A stretch of 64,000 bases of DNA from an uncultured Planctomycetaceae bacterium (GTDB lineage Bacteria; Planctomycetota; Planctomycetia; Planctomycetales; Planctomycetaceae): positions 1 to 64,000 of the forward strand of contig CAWFGE010000020.1 of assembly GCA_963815195.1 (NCBI GenBank), given 5' to 3'. The notes below the pieces were generated by a model. That model was not told the DNA's origin, did no database searches, and was given only the letters and a program-made list of their open reading frames with translations. The position numbers and the translations under genes were made by a program. The stretch's first letter is position 1, and every line of letters begins with the position of its first letter. This document shows, piece by piece, positions 42,423-52,525 of this stretch.

Positions 42423-43028
42423 ATGGCGAAGAAAGTCCGCAAGAAAACGAAAGCCGAACTGGCTGACCCCGCCTTTCGGAAGCGTGCTTCCACGCGATCC
42501 GCAGTGCTGATGCAATCCTACGCCGCGAGCGAGAAACTGTCCAAATCACGGCATCAATACGTGCTCGATGTTGCTGACGATGCTTGGATCAGTCGGTTCG
42601 AACAAAATGACAACGCTGACGCGTTCGAGAAAGAGTGTCGCAAGTGGGAAAAGCTTCGCAGGGATTTTCTGAAATCCGTTGACAAGCCGCTGGAGATTCA
42701 TTGCTTCACCTGCAACTACAATGCATCGAGTGGCATGAAGCCGCTCATTCATTTGGTTAAACACCCATTGTGCGATGCTGGTACTGCGCTTCGCCTCTTT
42801 TGGATCAACGATCCGGTGTACTATTCTCAATACGCGACCATTTCGGAATGCCCATATAATGAAGAACGCGATGCAATGAAGCTGCTCAACGCAATCAAAC
42901 GACGATTCAAGAACGACGACTTCAAATCGCGCAAGATTTACTTCGACCCGCAACCTTGGATCGAGGCTGACGATGTCGATCTCGATATGCTGAACCTTCC
43001 AGATTCAATGCTCGCATCCGTGCCATGA
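42423..43028 (+). CDS. DUF4274-like protein (gene cassette 3)
   Basis: EIHCFTCNYN..G...LIHLVKHPLCDAGTALRLFW. Confidence 0.75.
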   Translation: MAKKVRKKTKAELADPAFRKRASTRSAVLMQSYAASEKLSKSRHQYVLDVADDAWISRFEQNDNADAFEKECRKWEKLRRDFLKSVDKPLEIHCFTCNYNASSGMKPLIHLVKHPLCDAGTALRLFWINDPVYYSQYATISECPYNEERDAMKLLNAIKRRFKNDDFKSRKIYFDPQPWIEADDVDLDMLNLPDSMLASVP

Positions 43029-43042
43029 CACCTTGCGAGGTC

Positions 43043-43133
43043 GGATAACCAAGCGGTGAACGGGAGTCGCCGATGACGCGGATTTTCAAATCATAGTTTT
43101 TGGGCGGCGGCCCCGTTACCGCCATCGCTAAAC
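43043..43133 (+). other. Integron attC site with a non-canonical right end
   Basis: R'' GGATAAC; CGGT(G)AACGGG pairs with CCCGTTACCG; the R' position reads GCTAAAC instead of GTTRRRY. Confidence 0.8.
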
Positions 43134-43353
43134 CGACCTCGTGTCGGTTTAGTGTGGAGTCGAGTGATCGGCTCCGCGGGTGTGGCGTTCCGCCATACCG
43201 AACCCGAGAGAGCCGGGCGGTCTAGCTTTCCTTTGGAGCGATCGGCTTTCTTGGTCTTGCATTCGACGTCGTGGAGACGACGGTAAAGGATCCTCGAGTT
43301 GAGTGATCATGAGCAAAGACGCCGATCACTCAACTCCACATTATGTGGCAAAG

Positions 43354-43764
43354 ATGGCAACGCTCATTGAAGATGTACGGAAGTCCGCCGATTGGGTCGC
43401 CAATGGTCTATCCAGTTCTGGATACAGTGCGGACTTCACAATTGAAAGCCTTAAAGAAATTGACCGCTTCTTCGATGAACACTCCCGCGATGGTGTGGCC
43501 GTCTCCGGCGGCCTTCTATCCGAACAGCTTGGTTCCCGAATTTTCGCAATTGGCTCATATGTCGGAGAGGTTATTCGCCGCAACGTTGGAGGCAGCTGGC
43601 AAGCAGATGACGATGACCCCGAAGGCGAAATGAACGTCCAATTGGTACAAGATAATGGCGGCACCATTTGGCCCGTTCAGCGTGTCATGAAACGATTCAA
43701 GAATGGCCCTGAAGACGGACTGTATGCTTACGGCGTCTTTGTCAGCGAAAAAGCGGACGGGTAA
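43354..43764 (+). CDS. Hypothetical protein (gene cassette 4)
   Basis: ADFTIESLKEIDRFFDE, AIGSYVGEVIRR..GGSW, WPVQRVMKRFKNG; upstream alternative start at 43309. Confidence 0.75.
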   Translation: MATLIEDVRKSADWVANGLSSSGYSADFTIESLKEIDRFFDEHSRDGVAVSGGLLSEQLGSRIFAIGSYVGEVIRRNVGGSWQADDDDPEGEMNVQLVQDNGGTIWPVQRVMKRFKNGPEDGLYAYGVFVSEKADG

Positions 43765-43837
43765 ACTGTTTCTTCAGCTACTTACATGGCTCTCTCGCCA
43801 TTGGCAACGAGCGGCTCAACGTCAACTCGCAAATGTC

Positions 43838-43946
43838 ACATAACGAATCGCTCAACTTGACCCGCCGCCTTCCCGGTAGTTTAATGGTTCTACAGAAACT
43901 CATACCCCGTCAAAATCCCGCGGGCAAGTTAGCTCAACCGTTAGCC
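43838..43946 (+). other. Integron attC site
   Basis: R'' ACATAAC; GCT(C)AACTTG(A)CCCGC pairs with GCGGGCAAGTTAGC; R' GTTAGCC at 43940. Confidence 0.9.
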
Positions 43947-43989
43947 GGCGGAGAGCATTGAGGTTCACACAAGTAACCGGAGGCAATCG

Positions 43990-45033
43990 ATGAAGCCGAA
44001 TGTGGAACGAGGGCAGCGGGTGGCGGCGTGGCTGGGTGTGGCCTGTCTGGGGCTGCTGCCGGTGTCGTCCCTGTCGGCACAAGAACCCAAGCTGCGGGCC
44101 ACCCTCAAGGGGCATACCGATGCGGTCGTGGCCGTGGCATTTAGCCCGGATAGCAAAACCTTGGCATCGGCCAGCTATGACGGGACGCTGAAATTGTGGG
44201 ACATGACCACAGGCAAAGAGCGAGCCACCCTGGGCGAGTACAAGGGCTGTCTCGGCTGTGTTGCGTTCTCCCCCGATGGGAAGACCCTGGCATCGGGGGC
44301 AATCGGATCGCCTGTCTACCTCCCCGACCTCAAGTACGTCAAGTTGTGGGACGTGGCCACCGGCAAGGTACGGACCACCCTTGAGGGGGAAACTTTCCAT
44401 GTCCACTCCGTGACATTCAGCCCGGATGGCAAAACCCTGGCCTCGGTGAACGGCGACGTCACGCTCTGGGACCTGGGCACCAACAAAGAGCGAGCCACCC
44501 TCAAGGGGCATACCAAAGAGGATAAGGAGACGAGCGAACCTGCATGGCCTGTCGAGTCCGTGGCGTTCAGCCCCGATGGCACGACACTGGCAGCGGCGAG
44601 CCATGATATGACCGTCAAAGTCTGGGACGTGGCCACCGCCAAGCGGTCCACCCTTCACGGGCATACCCATGCGGTCTATGCCGTGGCCTTTAGCTCGGAC
44701 AGCAAGACCCTGGCATCGGCGAGCGGCGACAAGACCGTCAGGCTCTGGGACCTGGCCACCAACAAGGCGCGGGCCACGCTACAGGGCCATACCGAGTCAG
44801 TAATGTCCGCAGCCTTCAGCCCCGATGGCAAGATCCTGGCCTCAGCAAGCCGCGACAAGACCATCAAGCTCTGGGATGTGGCCACCGGCAAGGAGCGAGC
44901 CACGCTCAAAGGAACCCAGGCGGTAAGGTCCGTGGCATTCAGCCCGGACGGTAGGATGTTGGCCTCTGCCAGTGGGACTACCGACAACGCGCCGGGTGAG
45001 TTGAAGGTCTGGGACATAGCCACCGGCAAATAG
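43990..45033 (+). CDS. Secreted WD40-repeat protein (gene cassette 5, attC missing)
   Basis: Signal peptide; seven GH...V..VAFSPDGKTLAS...D.T.KLWD repeats; GGAGG RBS. Confidence 0.93.
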   Translation: MKPNVERGQRVAAWLGVACLGLLPVSSLSAQEPKLRATLKGHTDAVVAVAFSPDSKTLASASYDGTLKLWDMTTGKERATLGEYKGCLGCVAFSPDGKTLASGAIGSPVYLPDLKYVKLWDVATGKVRTTLEGETFHVHSVTFSPDGKTLASVNGDVTLWDLGTNKERATLKGHTKEDKETSEPAWPVESVAFSPDGTTLAAASHDMTVKVWDVATAKRSTLHGHTHAVYAVAFSSDSKTLASASGDKTVRLWDLATNKARATLQGHTESVMSAAFSPDGKILASASRDKTIKLWDVATGKERATLKGTQAVRSVAFSPDGRMLASASGTTDNAPGELKVWDIATGK

Positions 45034-45056
45034 GCGGGCAGGTGGGGCTTATCTTC

Positions 45057-45220
45057 CGCGGGGTGGCCCAGGTTGCTCGCAACCTGGGTCGCGTAGCGAC
45101 AAGAGGTAATCGGGGTCGAGGAAGAGACGACACAGATTGTCCGTTGAGTACAAACCTCTTGGGCTTCGACCCCAGGTTGGCTTCGCCCCCAGGTTGGCAA
45201 GTAACCTGGGCCACCCCGCG
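45057..45220. repeat. REP-like doublet (GGGTGGC family)
   Basis: CGCGGGGTGGCCCAGGTT...AACCTGGGCCACCCCGCG terminal inverted repeats. Confidence 0.8.
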
Positions 45221-45377
45221 AACAACCGCGAACTCTTCGCAACCATGCAGCGGCCAAGGTGGTCGCGAGCCTTTCTTCGTCTGCGACGCAGCCCGCCTTC
45301 GAATTCAGCGAATTCACGCGATCGCCGGATGGACATTACGCAATTCTGGAAGCGTTCATCGGCAAGGCCTTCTTAGA

Positions 45378-46157
45378 TTAACAGTCGGCGAACGGGTCGT
45401 CCGGCGGTTCCGCGGGGGTCCAGCATTTGGCGGGGGACAAGGTTCCCAGGGTTTTGGCGAGATGCTCGGTCAACATCAGCAAACCGCCGGCGACGAGAAT
45501 CAGCGAGAACATCACGCACAACACCAGCAGCCCGCCGTGGATTTGCTGCACTTGCGCCAAGGCGACGCCGATCACGACCCCGAACACCAGCGAGACGGTC
45601 ACTGCGACGACGTCCGCGCCCAACAGGAGGGGATGGAGCTTGTTCGTGCCAAAGGGTTCCGGCGGCCAGATTTGGCGTTTTCGGAACCAGGAGACCGTGG
45701 AATCCACCCAGACCTTCATGCCCCGCCGCCAGGCGAGATAACAACCGATCCACGTGGACAGCGTGGCCAATCCGCAACTGACCCAGAGCGCGAACAGCGC
45801 CCCCAGAATCTCCGCTCCCGGAAATGCCAGCCGCAGGCTCGATGTGACGAGCCAAATGCCGAAGGTGAGCGCCACCGCGGTGAGGCTGATCTTCCAGAAG
45901 GCCAGCGCCAGATAAAACCAGAAATGCGTCTGGCCGCGTTGGGCGATCGGATCCCTCCGCCACAGCCAAAGCCCGTTGCGAAAATCGTACCAGCCGAATT
46001 TGAGGCAGGCGACCACGGCCACCAGCGAGGAGTTGGCGTGGAGTTCGAACAGCAGCCACGCGGTGCCCGCGACGATGATCCACACCAACCCCGACGGCCA
46101 CGCGCGGGCGGCGTCCTGCTCCAATTCCGGTTGATAGGTCAATTCTTCGGTGGCCAT
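45378..46157 (-). CDS. Hypothetical membrane protein
   Basis: 259 aa with several hydrophobic segments. Confidence 0.7.
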   Translation of the reverse strand: MATEELTYQPELEQDAARAWPSGLVWIIVAGTAWLLFELHANSSLVAVVACLKFGWYDFRNGLWLWRRDPIAQRGQTHFWFYLALAFWKISLTAVALTFGIWLVTSSLRLAFPGAEILGALFALWVSCGLATLSTWIGCYLAWRRGMKVWVDSTVSWFRKRQIWPPEPFGTNKLHPLLLGADVVAVTVSLVFGVVIGVALAQVQQIHGGLLVLCVMFSLILVAGGLLMLTEHLAKTLGTLSPAKCWTPAEPPDDPFADC

Positions 46158-46250
46158 GAGTTGAATCTACCCGTTGATGAGCCGGAACGGGCTCGCATTC
46201 GGTTCTCCCTATGAACCGGGGCTAGCACCCTGCGGCTAATCAATGCGACG

Positions 46251-47441
46251 CTAATCTTCATAGAGTGCATTGACGCTGGCAATACTTTGTCCCTCGCCAT
46301 TCGGGAATTTGTGTCCCTGAGCCATAAGGCAGCATTCGAGGGCCGCCAGGAATAATAAGACGTTGCGGGGCGTGCTGGCTTCGCCCATCAGGCCGATCCG
46401 CCAGGTCTTGCCCTTCATCGGTCCCAAGCCGCCGCCGATCTCGATGCCGAACTCGCTTAAGAGTTGCTTCCGCACGGCCACGTCGTCCACGCCCGCGGGG
46501 ATTTTGACGGCGTTGAGCATCGGCAAGCAATGCTCTTCCTCGACCGCGTATTCCACGCCGATCGCGTTCAACCCGGTTTTCAATGCCATATGATTCCGGC
46601 GGTGGCGATCGTGCCGGGCGGACAGCCCTTCCGCGAGCACCAGCCGCAGGGCTTCGTGGAGCGCGTAATTCATGTTGATGGGAGCGGTGTGGTGGTAGCT
46701 TCGCTGTTCGCCCCAGTAGTTCCGCACCATCGTCATGTCGAGATACCAACTCGCGACTTTGGTTTTGCGGTTGTCGATGGCTTCCACCGCGCGGGGGCTG
46801 AACGTGACCGGCGACAATCCCGGCGGGCAGCTCAGGCATTTTTGCGTGCCACTGTAAACGGCGTCGAGTTCCCATTCATCGACTTCCACCGGCACGCCGC
46901 CCAGCGAAGTTACGCAATCGACCAAGAGCAGCGCCCCGGCTTCGTGCACGGCTTTTGAAACGTCCGGCAACGGCTGCCAGGCCCCGGTGGAAGTCTCCGC
47001 ATGCACGATCCCCACGACTTTGGGATTGGATTTTTTGATCGCGGTTTGGATTTCTTCGACCGAAAACACTTCGCCGAAAGGCCGTTCGATGACGGACACC
47101 TCGGCTCCCGCACGTTCGGCAACATCGGCCATCCGCGCGCCGAACACGCCGTTCTTGCAGATGAGCATCCGGTCGCCGCGCTCGATCAGGTTGACCACGC
47201 AGGTTTCCATCCCGGAACTTCCGGTGCCGCTGACGGCGAGCGTCAATTCGTTCTTGGTCGAGAACACCCGCCGGAGCATGCTCTGCATTTCATCCATGAT
47301 CCGCAAAAAATAGGGATCGAGATGCCCGACCGTCGGGGCGGAGAGGGCGGCCAGAACGCTGGGAGCAATATCGCTCGGCCCCGGCCCCATCAAAATCCGG
47401 GACGGCGGAGCAATCGGCGCGGGCAATTCGGGGTTGGGCAT
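46251..47441 (-). CDS. Alanine-glyoxylate / serine-pyruvate aminotransferase (class V PLP)
   Basis: [52 protein letters not shown]. Confidence 0.95.
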   Translation of the reverse strand: MPNPELPAPIAPPSRILMGPGPSDIAPSVLAALSAPTVGHLDPYFLRIMDEMQSMLRRVFSTKNELTLAVSGTGSSGMETCVVNLIERGDRMLICKNGVFGARMADVAERAGAEVSVIERPFGEVFSVEEIQTAIKKSNPKVVGIVHAETSTGAWQPLPDVSKAVHEAGALLLVDCVTSLGGVPVEVDEWELDAVYSGTQKCLSCPPGLSPVTFSPRAVEAIDNRKTKVASWYLDMTMVRNYWGEQRSYHHTAPINMNYALHEALRLVLAEGLSARHDRHRRNHMALKTGLNAIGVEYAVEEEHCLPMLNAVKIPAGVDDVAVRKQLLSEFGIEIGGGLGPMKGKTWRIGLMGEASTPRNVLLFLAALECCLMAQGHKFPNGEGQSIASVNALYED

Positions 47442-47568
47442 GGCAGCGGCATTTCCAGGGATAAGAATCTGTGGTTTTCCGTCCCTTTCAGCCTACCTTT
47501 GTCGCCGCGGAAATTGAAGCGTGATTCTGCGGATTCGGTCCTGGGGCCGACTCCGATTGCCCGAGATC

Positions 47569-47602
47569 GGGTGGCACATCCCTGAGCAAAGCGAAGGGCG
47601 TG
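47569..47602. repeat. Single REP-like palindrome (GGGTGGC family)
   Basis: GGGTGGCACATCCCT...AGGGCGTG in an intergenic gap. Confidence 0.45.
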
Positions 47603-47632
47603 TCAATCGCAAAGACCGACGCCTTTGTTCCG

Positions 47633-48856
47633 TCATTGGTCATTTCCCCGGAGGAATTTCACATGGGGATAAGATTTCCCAAGCACCGTTGGCGAGGGCA
47701 CCTTGAGCCACTCGTCGAGCACCGTGGCATAGACCTGGCGGAAGTCGGTGTGATGCTTCAAATCGCCGTCGGTGAGGTCCTCGAGGCGGGGATGCTCGCC
47801 CACGAGTCCGGGGCGGACCGGTTCGCCGATCAAAAACATTTGCGAGGCGACGCCGTGGTCGGTGCCCGCGGACCCGTTTTCCTTCACGCGCCGGCCGAAC
47901 TCGGAGAACGTCATCGCCAGCACCCGCTTCGCGTGGCCTTGGTGGACGATGTCTTTCTGGAACGCCGCCAGGCCCTCGGCCAGTTCCCCCAGTAGCCGAG
48001 CGTGGGTCGGTTTTTGGCCGGCATGGGTGTCGAAGCCCTCGTGGGCGGTGTAATAAATCCGTTCGGGAATCCCCGCATCGATGAGTTGGGCGATGAGTTT
48101 TAGATTTCGCCCCAGCCGCGTTTCGGGATAGGACACGGGCGTTTGATAGGATCCCGCCACTCGTTCCAATTCCCGGGCCGAGGCGTAGGTCTCTTGGGTC
48201 GAAGCCCGCACGAGGTTTAGGAGATCATTGTCATCGGACGAACTCGCCGCGAGGCGTTCGATGGTCTCCCGCCGGGTTTGGCCTTCGGCTCCTGGCCCCG
48301 TTTTCAAGCGGTAATCTTTGAGCGAACTTACCGTGGGCGCATATCCTGCCGGCGACAATAAGGCCAACGGCCCTTCGCCCCCGCCGAGGTACAGGCCCTT
48401 TCCCGATTTCAAAAGAGGCAGTGATCGGCCCAACCAGCCGAACGTCTCTGCGGGCGAACGCGTGGCTTTGTGCCAGATGTCCATCGACTCAAAGTGCGAG
48501 CGGTTCGGATTGGGATAACCAACGCCCTGCACGATGGCGATCTGCGACGCTTCGAGCAAGTCGGCAAAGCCTTGCATCGCGGGATGAAAGCCCAGGTCCT
48601 CGTTGATCTTTTTTACTTCAGAGGCGGGCTGTTTCAACGTCGGCCGGGCCGCAAGATACGCCGGGTCGCGAAAGGGGATGACGGTGTTCAATCCATCATT
48701 GCCTCCGGTCAATTGCACGACGACCAGGATCGTCTGATCGCCCCCGGGCTGATCGGACTTCGGGGCCGCCCACGCCGCCCGTTGAAACACGCCCGGCAAC
48801 CCCGCCCCGAACGCCACCGTCGACGCCCCCAAAAATGCTCTGCGTGAAATGGTCAT
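47633..48856 (-). CDS. DUF1501 domain protein (Tat signal)
   Basis: SRRAFL, LVVVQLTGGNDGLNT, NRSHFES, GFDTH, FSEFGRR..ENGSAGTDHG, DFRQVY. Confidence 0.93.
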   Translation of the reverse strand: MTISRRAFLGASTVAFGAGLPGVFQRAAWAAPKSDQPGGDQTILVVVQLTGGNDGLNTVIPFRDPAYLAARPTLKQPASEVKKINEDLGFHPAMQGFADLLEASQIAIVQGVGYPNPNRSHFESMDIWHKATRSPAETFGWLGRSLPLLKSGKGLYLGGGEGPLALLSPAGYAPTVSSLKDYRLKTGPGAEGQTRRETIERLAASSSDDNDLLNLVRASTQETYASARELERVAGSYQTPVSYPETRLGRNLKLIAQLIDAGIPERIYYTAHEGFDTHAGQKPTHARLLGELAEGLAAFQKDIVHQGHAKRVLAMTFSEFGRRVKENGSAGTDHGVASQMFLIGEPVRPGLVGEHPRLEDLTDGDLKHHTDFRQVYATVLDEWLKVPSPTVLGKSYPHVKFLRGNDQ

Positions 48857-48894
48857 GGTTGTTGGTCCTTTGTCAGGTTGTCCATTGTGTTTCA

Positions 48895-50301
48895 TCAAGC
48901 GAGTTGTGCCTCCGGCAGGGTGAGCACCAAGTGGGCGGCGGTGCGGGCGAGGAGGCCATCGACCACGCGGGGCGATGTGAAGGGCCGCCCGCGGATTCGG
49001 GTTTGTTCCCCGTCCAAATGAGCGACCATTTCCGCAAAGCCGGGATGATCGGACCGCGCCAGGAACAGTTCCAAAAAGAACCGCACGAGGTTCTCGCTGC
49101 CGTGGATTTGATGGGCCGACGCGAGGCGGGCGGGGTCGGTGTTGTGGGCCTCATCGGGGGCGCTCGAAAGGGCGAACGCCAGGTTTTGCCGGGCGAGCAA
49201 GGTCGTCGAGTTGAGCCAAGCGGGCCCGCCGTCCCAGCCTTTGACGCTGGGCGGATAAAACAAACTCTGCCCCATAGGGTCCAAGGCCTCGGCCATTTTG
49301 AGCGGGCTGGCCCGGCCGTCGAGACCGCGAACGCCGCCCACCACAAAATCCACGGGGCTTTTGACTTTCTGCCGGATCGCCGCGGGGGAATAAAACACCC
49401 AACTGCTGAGCATTGTTTCGACGAGCCAGGCGGTGTCGTAATCGCGAAGCCGATACCCTTCGGAAAGCGGGGCGAGCATTTCGTCGGAGGGTTCGACCGT
49501 TTCGCTCACGAATTCGCGGAACAGCTTTCGCACCAAACACCGGCCGCACGCGGGTTGGCTCAAAGCAATCCGCACGACATCCCCCGCCGACCAGGGACCG
49601 GTTTGACCGAGAATGGTCTTCTCGCCCGCATCGTGCTTTTGGATGTCGAACTCGGCCCGGCCGTCCTTCAAGGTCCAACCGGTGAGGGCGCGGGCGGCTT
49701 CTTTGATGTCCGCCTCCGTGTAGTTGCCCACGCCGAGCGTGAATAGCTCAAACAGTTCGCGGGCCAGGTTTTCGTTGGGTTGGCCTTTTTGATTGGTCTC
49801 CGCGTCGAGCCAAATCAGCATTGCGGGGTCGAAGACGATCTTTTCCAGCATCGCTCCGAACCGTCCCAAGGCGTGTTCGCGAAAGATGGCGTTCTGCCGC
49901 TGCATCAGGCCCAGATCGTCGACCTTGGCGTTCGAGGTCGCGAAATGATTGTGCCAGAACAACGTCAATCGTTCTCGCAACGGGTGCGGCGAGAAGAGCA
50001 TGCGATACAGCCACGCCGCCTTCAGCCGCTGCGGATCGCCGTTGGCGATGGCTCCTTCGGTCAGGCGTTCGGCTTCCTCGGTAAACTGGTCTTGATCGCC
50101 CGCGCCATTGAGCAACGCGGAAATCACTTTCGCGGGCGTGGAGGCGATGCCTTGATGAATCTCGTTCCAATTCGCCCCGAACCCGGCTCGGCGATAGAGG
50201 TGGGCGACCTTTTCCGCATTCCAAGGATTGGCCCCGTTGGGAAAATACGCCTGCCACGCCGTCTCGGGGCGGAATCGTTCAAACGCTGTCTGTGCCGACA
50301 T
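48895..50301 (-). CDS. DUF1800 domain protein
   Basis: HLYRRAGFG, ERLTLFWHNHFATS, PNENLARELFELFTLG, PPSVKGW. Confidence 0.93.
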   Translation of the reverse strand: MSAQTAFERFRPETAWQAYFPNGANPWNAEKVAHLYRRAGFGANWNEIHQGIASTPAKVISALLNGAGDQDQFTEEAERLTEGAIANGDPQRLKAAWLYRMLFSPHPLRERLTLFWHNHFATSNAKVDDLGLMQRQNAIFREHALGRFGAMLEKIVFDPAMLIWLDAETNQKGQPNENLARELFELFTLGVGNYTEADIKEAARALTGWTLKDGRAEFDIQKHDAGEKTILGQTGPWSAGDVVRIALSQPACGRCLVRKLFREFVSETVEPSDEMLAPLSEGYRLRDYDTAWLVETMLSSWVFYSPAAIRQKVKSPVDFVVGGVRGLDGRASPLKMAEALDPMGQSLFYPPSVKGWDGGPAWLNSTTLLARQNLAFALSSAPDEAHNTDPARLASAHQIHGSENLVRFFLELFLARSDHPGFAEMVAHLDGEQTRIRGRPFTSPRVVDGLLARTAAHLVLTLPEAQLA

Positions 50302-50319
50302 GACAACTCCGAAGTTGGA

Positions 50320-50348
50320 ATGACCAATGACCAAGCCCCAATGACCAA
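50320..50348. repeat. Short heptamer repeat (ATGACCA)
   Basis: atgacca atgacca agcccca atgacca. Confidence 0.6.
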
Positions 50349-50446
50349 TTCCGCCTGGCGAGCGGCCAGCGTCAGCTGGCTGATTCCTCACATATGTTTT
50401 AATTCGCTAGGATGGCAAAATGCCTTCGCGATTTCGAAACCGACGC

Positions 50447-52228
50447 TCAATCCTTGAGATCATGGGGCGGACGACCCACGCTCGCCTTGGGCTGGATGCG
50501 GATTCGGTATTCGAATCCCCGGTCCGTGAACGCGGCTTCGGTGGTGAGCCGGCCCAACGACTGGACCAGATCGAGGCCGAGCTCGAATTCCCGCGCGGCT
50601 TCGGAAAGGCTCAGGCCGCGTTTGAGCGCGCTGTCTTCGAGAATCGCTTCGCGGAAATCCGTCAGCGCGCCGGCCAACTGGGTGAAGGACAGCGATTGCC
50701 GATCAGTGACCTGCGATAGAGGGCCCGTGCCCCTTCGCGGTTCCGCGGCCTGGCGATCGAGTTCATCGATGACCTGGGTGACGATGTGTCTTGTGGAGCC
50801 GACGATGAAATGCCCGCGGGCGACGGTCCACGTGGGATTGAAATTGAACCGGACGCGATTGCCCTCGCGGGCGGATTTTTCATCATCGCGGAACCAGATC
50901 CCCTTGAGCCGGGCCTGGGCGTGCTCGGAAGTTTTGGTGAGCATGCGGGCTTTGCCGAAGGTGGTGAGAAGCCCAATCGCCCGCGACAGAGGCTCGGCTT
51001 GGTCCTGGAACGCCGCCTCATCGCGGAGCGAAACACAGACCGCCGCCGCGGGGAGGCGGTCTTTCAATTCGATGCGGTATTCCGAAGGCCCGGAGCGCGC
51101 GAGCACGAAGCGAAAGTCCGTCCCCAGCTGCTCGAACAATCGGCTCGGCGTGAACGAGACGCCAAACGTCGAAAACTGCCGCTTCACATCGGCGTCGCCC
51201 TTTTCGATTTTCTTGAGGGCCGACTCGGTGAGCAGATCGGCCCGCTGGTTCCAGAGCGCCGCGTAATCGCGATACCAACTCGCGCTGTAAATCGTCCCGG
51301 CCGGTTCCAACAGTGGGGCCAAGGCGTGGTTGGGATCCCGGGCGAAAAAGCCGTCCAATACGTGGATCGGCTCGGTGCTGCGGGTCGCGATTTGAAGGGA
51401 GAACTCCGACGAACCGTTCGGCCACCCGAGGTTCACCCTCAAGCGGTCGGCCGCTCCCAACAGATCCAACCAACCGCCGAGGAGCGCCATCGGCCCCGCA
51501 TCATCCCCCGGGCGTTTGAGGACCTTCTGGAAACCTGGCACCTTGCGGACCGTTTCCAAATCCACTTCCAAGCTCACGCTCGGTTGGACATGCCCTGGAT
51601 CGACCGGTGATGCCGAGGCGGGGGCCGCGTGCTTCTGCAATTGATCGATGGCGCGTTTGAGGTGCGCTTCCTTTGATGCCGCGATCAGGCGGGGGCCGAT
51701 GATGGCGACGAAGGACTTGTCGACCCGGTAGATCTTCACACCCTGATACGATTCCGTCGGCGGCGATGGTTTTCCCTGATCTTTGATCAGCTTGAACATC
51801 GCTGACTCGATCCGCGGCCAAATCTCGGGGGCCGAGGCTTTGATAATCAGTGTCGTCTGCTCGTCGGGTTTGGGAGTGGCCGCGATCCAGATGCCGCCAG
51901 CGGTGAGTTGTTCGAGCGCATCGCTCCAGCTCTGTCCGCTGACTTGTTCCAGAAAACCCGAGCCTGCGCGGACGCGCTCGAACTCCGGCGTTTCCAGACG
52001 GGCTTTGAAGAGCGGACTTTGGGAAATGTCCTTCCACGCCCGCGCCAGAATCGGATGCTCCGCCCAACGCATCGGTTGGCGGACTTCCAAAATGAAGACG
52101 GCGTCTCGATGCAGCAGTTGGCGTTCCAGAGACTCCGCGGCCGAGGTTTGCGCGGAAAAAGCAAGACACCACGACGCCAGCACGAGTCCCGCGGACCATC
52201 GCCGGACGGGGAGTTTCCAATCGGCCAT
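50447..52228 (-). CDS. Secreted hypothetical protein (possibly DUF3352-like)
   Basis: Signal peptide and a long ORF co-oriented upstream of DUF1800/DUF1501. Confidence 0.7.
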   Translation of the reverse strand: MADWKLPVRRWSAGLVLASWCLAFSAQTSAAESLERQLLHRDAVFILEVRQPMRWAEHPILARAWKDISQSPLFKARLETPEFERVRAGSGFLEQVSGQSWSDALEQLTAGGIWIAATPKPDEQTTLIIKASAPEIWPRIESAMFKLIKDQGKPSPPTESYQGVKIYRVDKSFVAIIGPRLIAASKEAHLKRAIDQLQKHAAPASASPVDPGHVQPSVSLEVDLETVRKVPGFQKVLKRPGDDAGPMALLGGWLDLLGAADRLRVNLGWPNGSSEFSLQIATRSTEPIHVLDGFFARDPNHALAPLLEPAGTIYSASWYRDYAALWNQRADLLTESALKKIEKGDADVKRQFSTFGVSFTPSRLFEQLGTDFRFVLARSGPSEYRIELKDRLPAAAVCVSLRDEAAFQDQAEPLSRAIGLLTTFGKARMLTKTSEHAQARLKGIWFRDDEKSAREGNRVRFNFNPTWTVARGHFIVGSTRHIVTQVIDELDRQAAEPRRGTGPLSQVTDRQSLSFTQLAGALTDFREAILEDSALKRGLSLSEAAREFELGLDLVQSLGRLTTEAAFTDRGFEYRIRIQPKASVGRPPHDLKD

Positions 52229-52350
52229 CACAACGCCTCTCGCTTCGCCAAAGCAGCCGGAACACGAACTCTCGTTCAAAGTTACCCGGCGGGGATTTTC
52301 GGAGTTTCAACAAACCCAAAAATCTTCGGCGAAACCAAAGCGGAATGCTG

Positions 52351-52490
52351 GAAAACTCGAAATCCGAAACAAATTTCGAAGGCTCGAAATCCCAGATCCT
52401 CAAACTTCCCGGATGGCCGGTGACTCGTTTGGGATATTCGGATTTGAGATTTTGAAATTGTTTCGGATTTCGGATTTCGTGCTTCGGATT
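52351..52490. repeat. Inverted heptamer-repeat element (CGAAATC/GATTTCG)
   Basis: CTCGAAATCCGAAACAAATTTC...GAAATTGTTTCGGATTTCGGATTTCGTGCTTCGGATTT. Confidence 0.7.
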
Positions 52491-52525
52491 TACACGGGGG
52501 AGCGTGGCGATTTGCTGATCGGAGT

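Noticed and set aside
43990..45033. Internal DNA repeats considered as a DGR template/variable pair
   Set aside because: Ordinary WD40 coding repeats; no reverse transcriptase in the window
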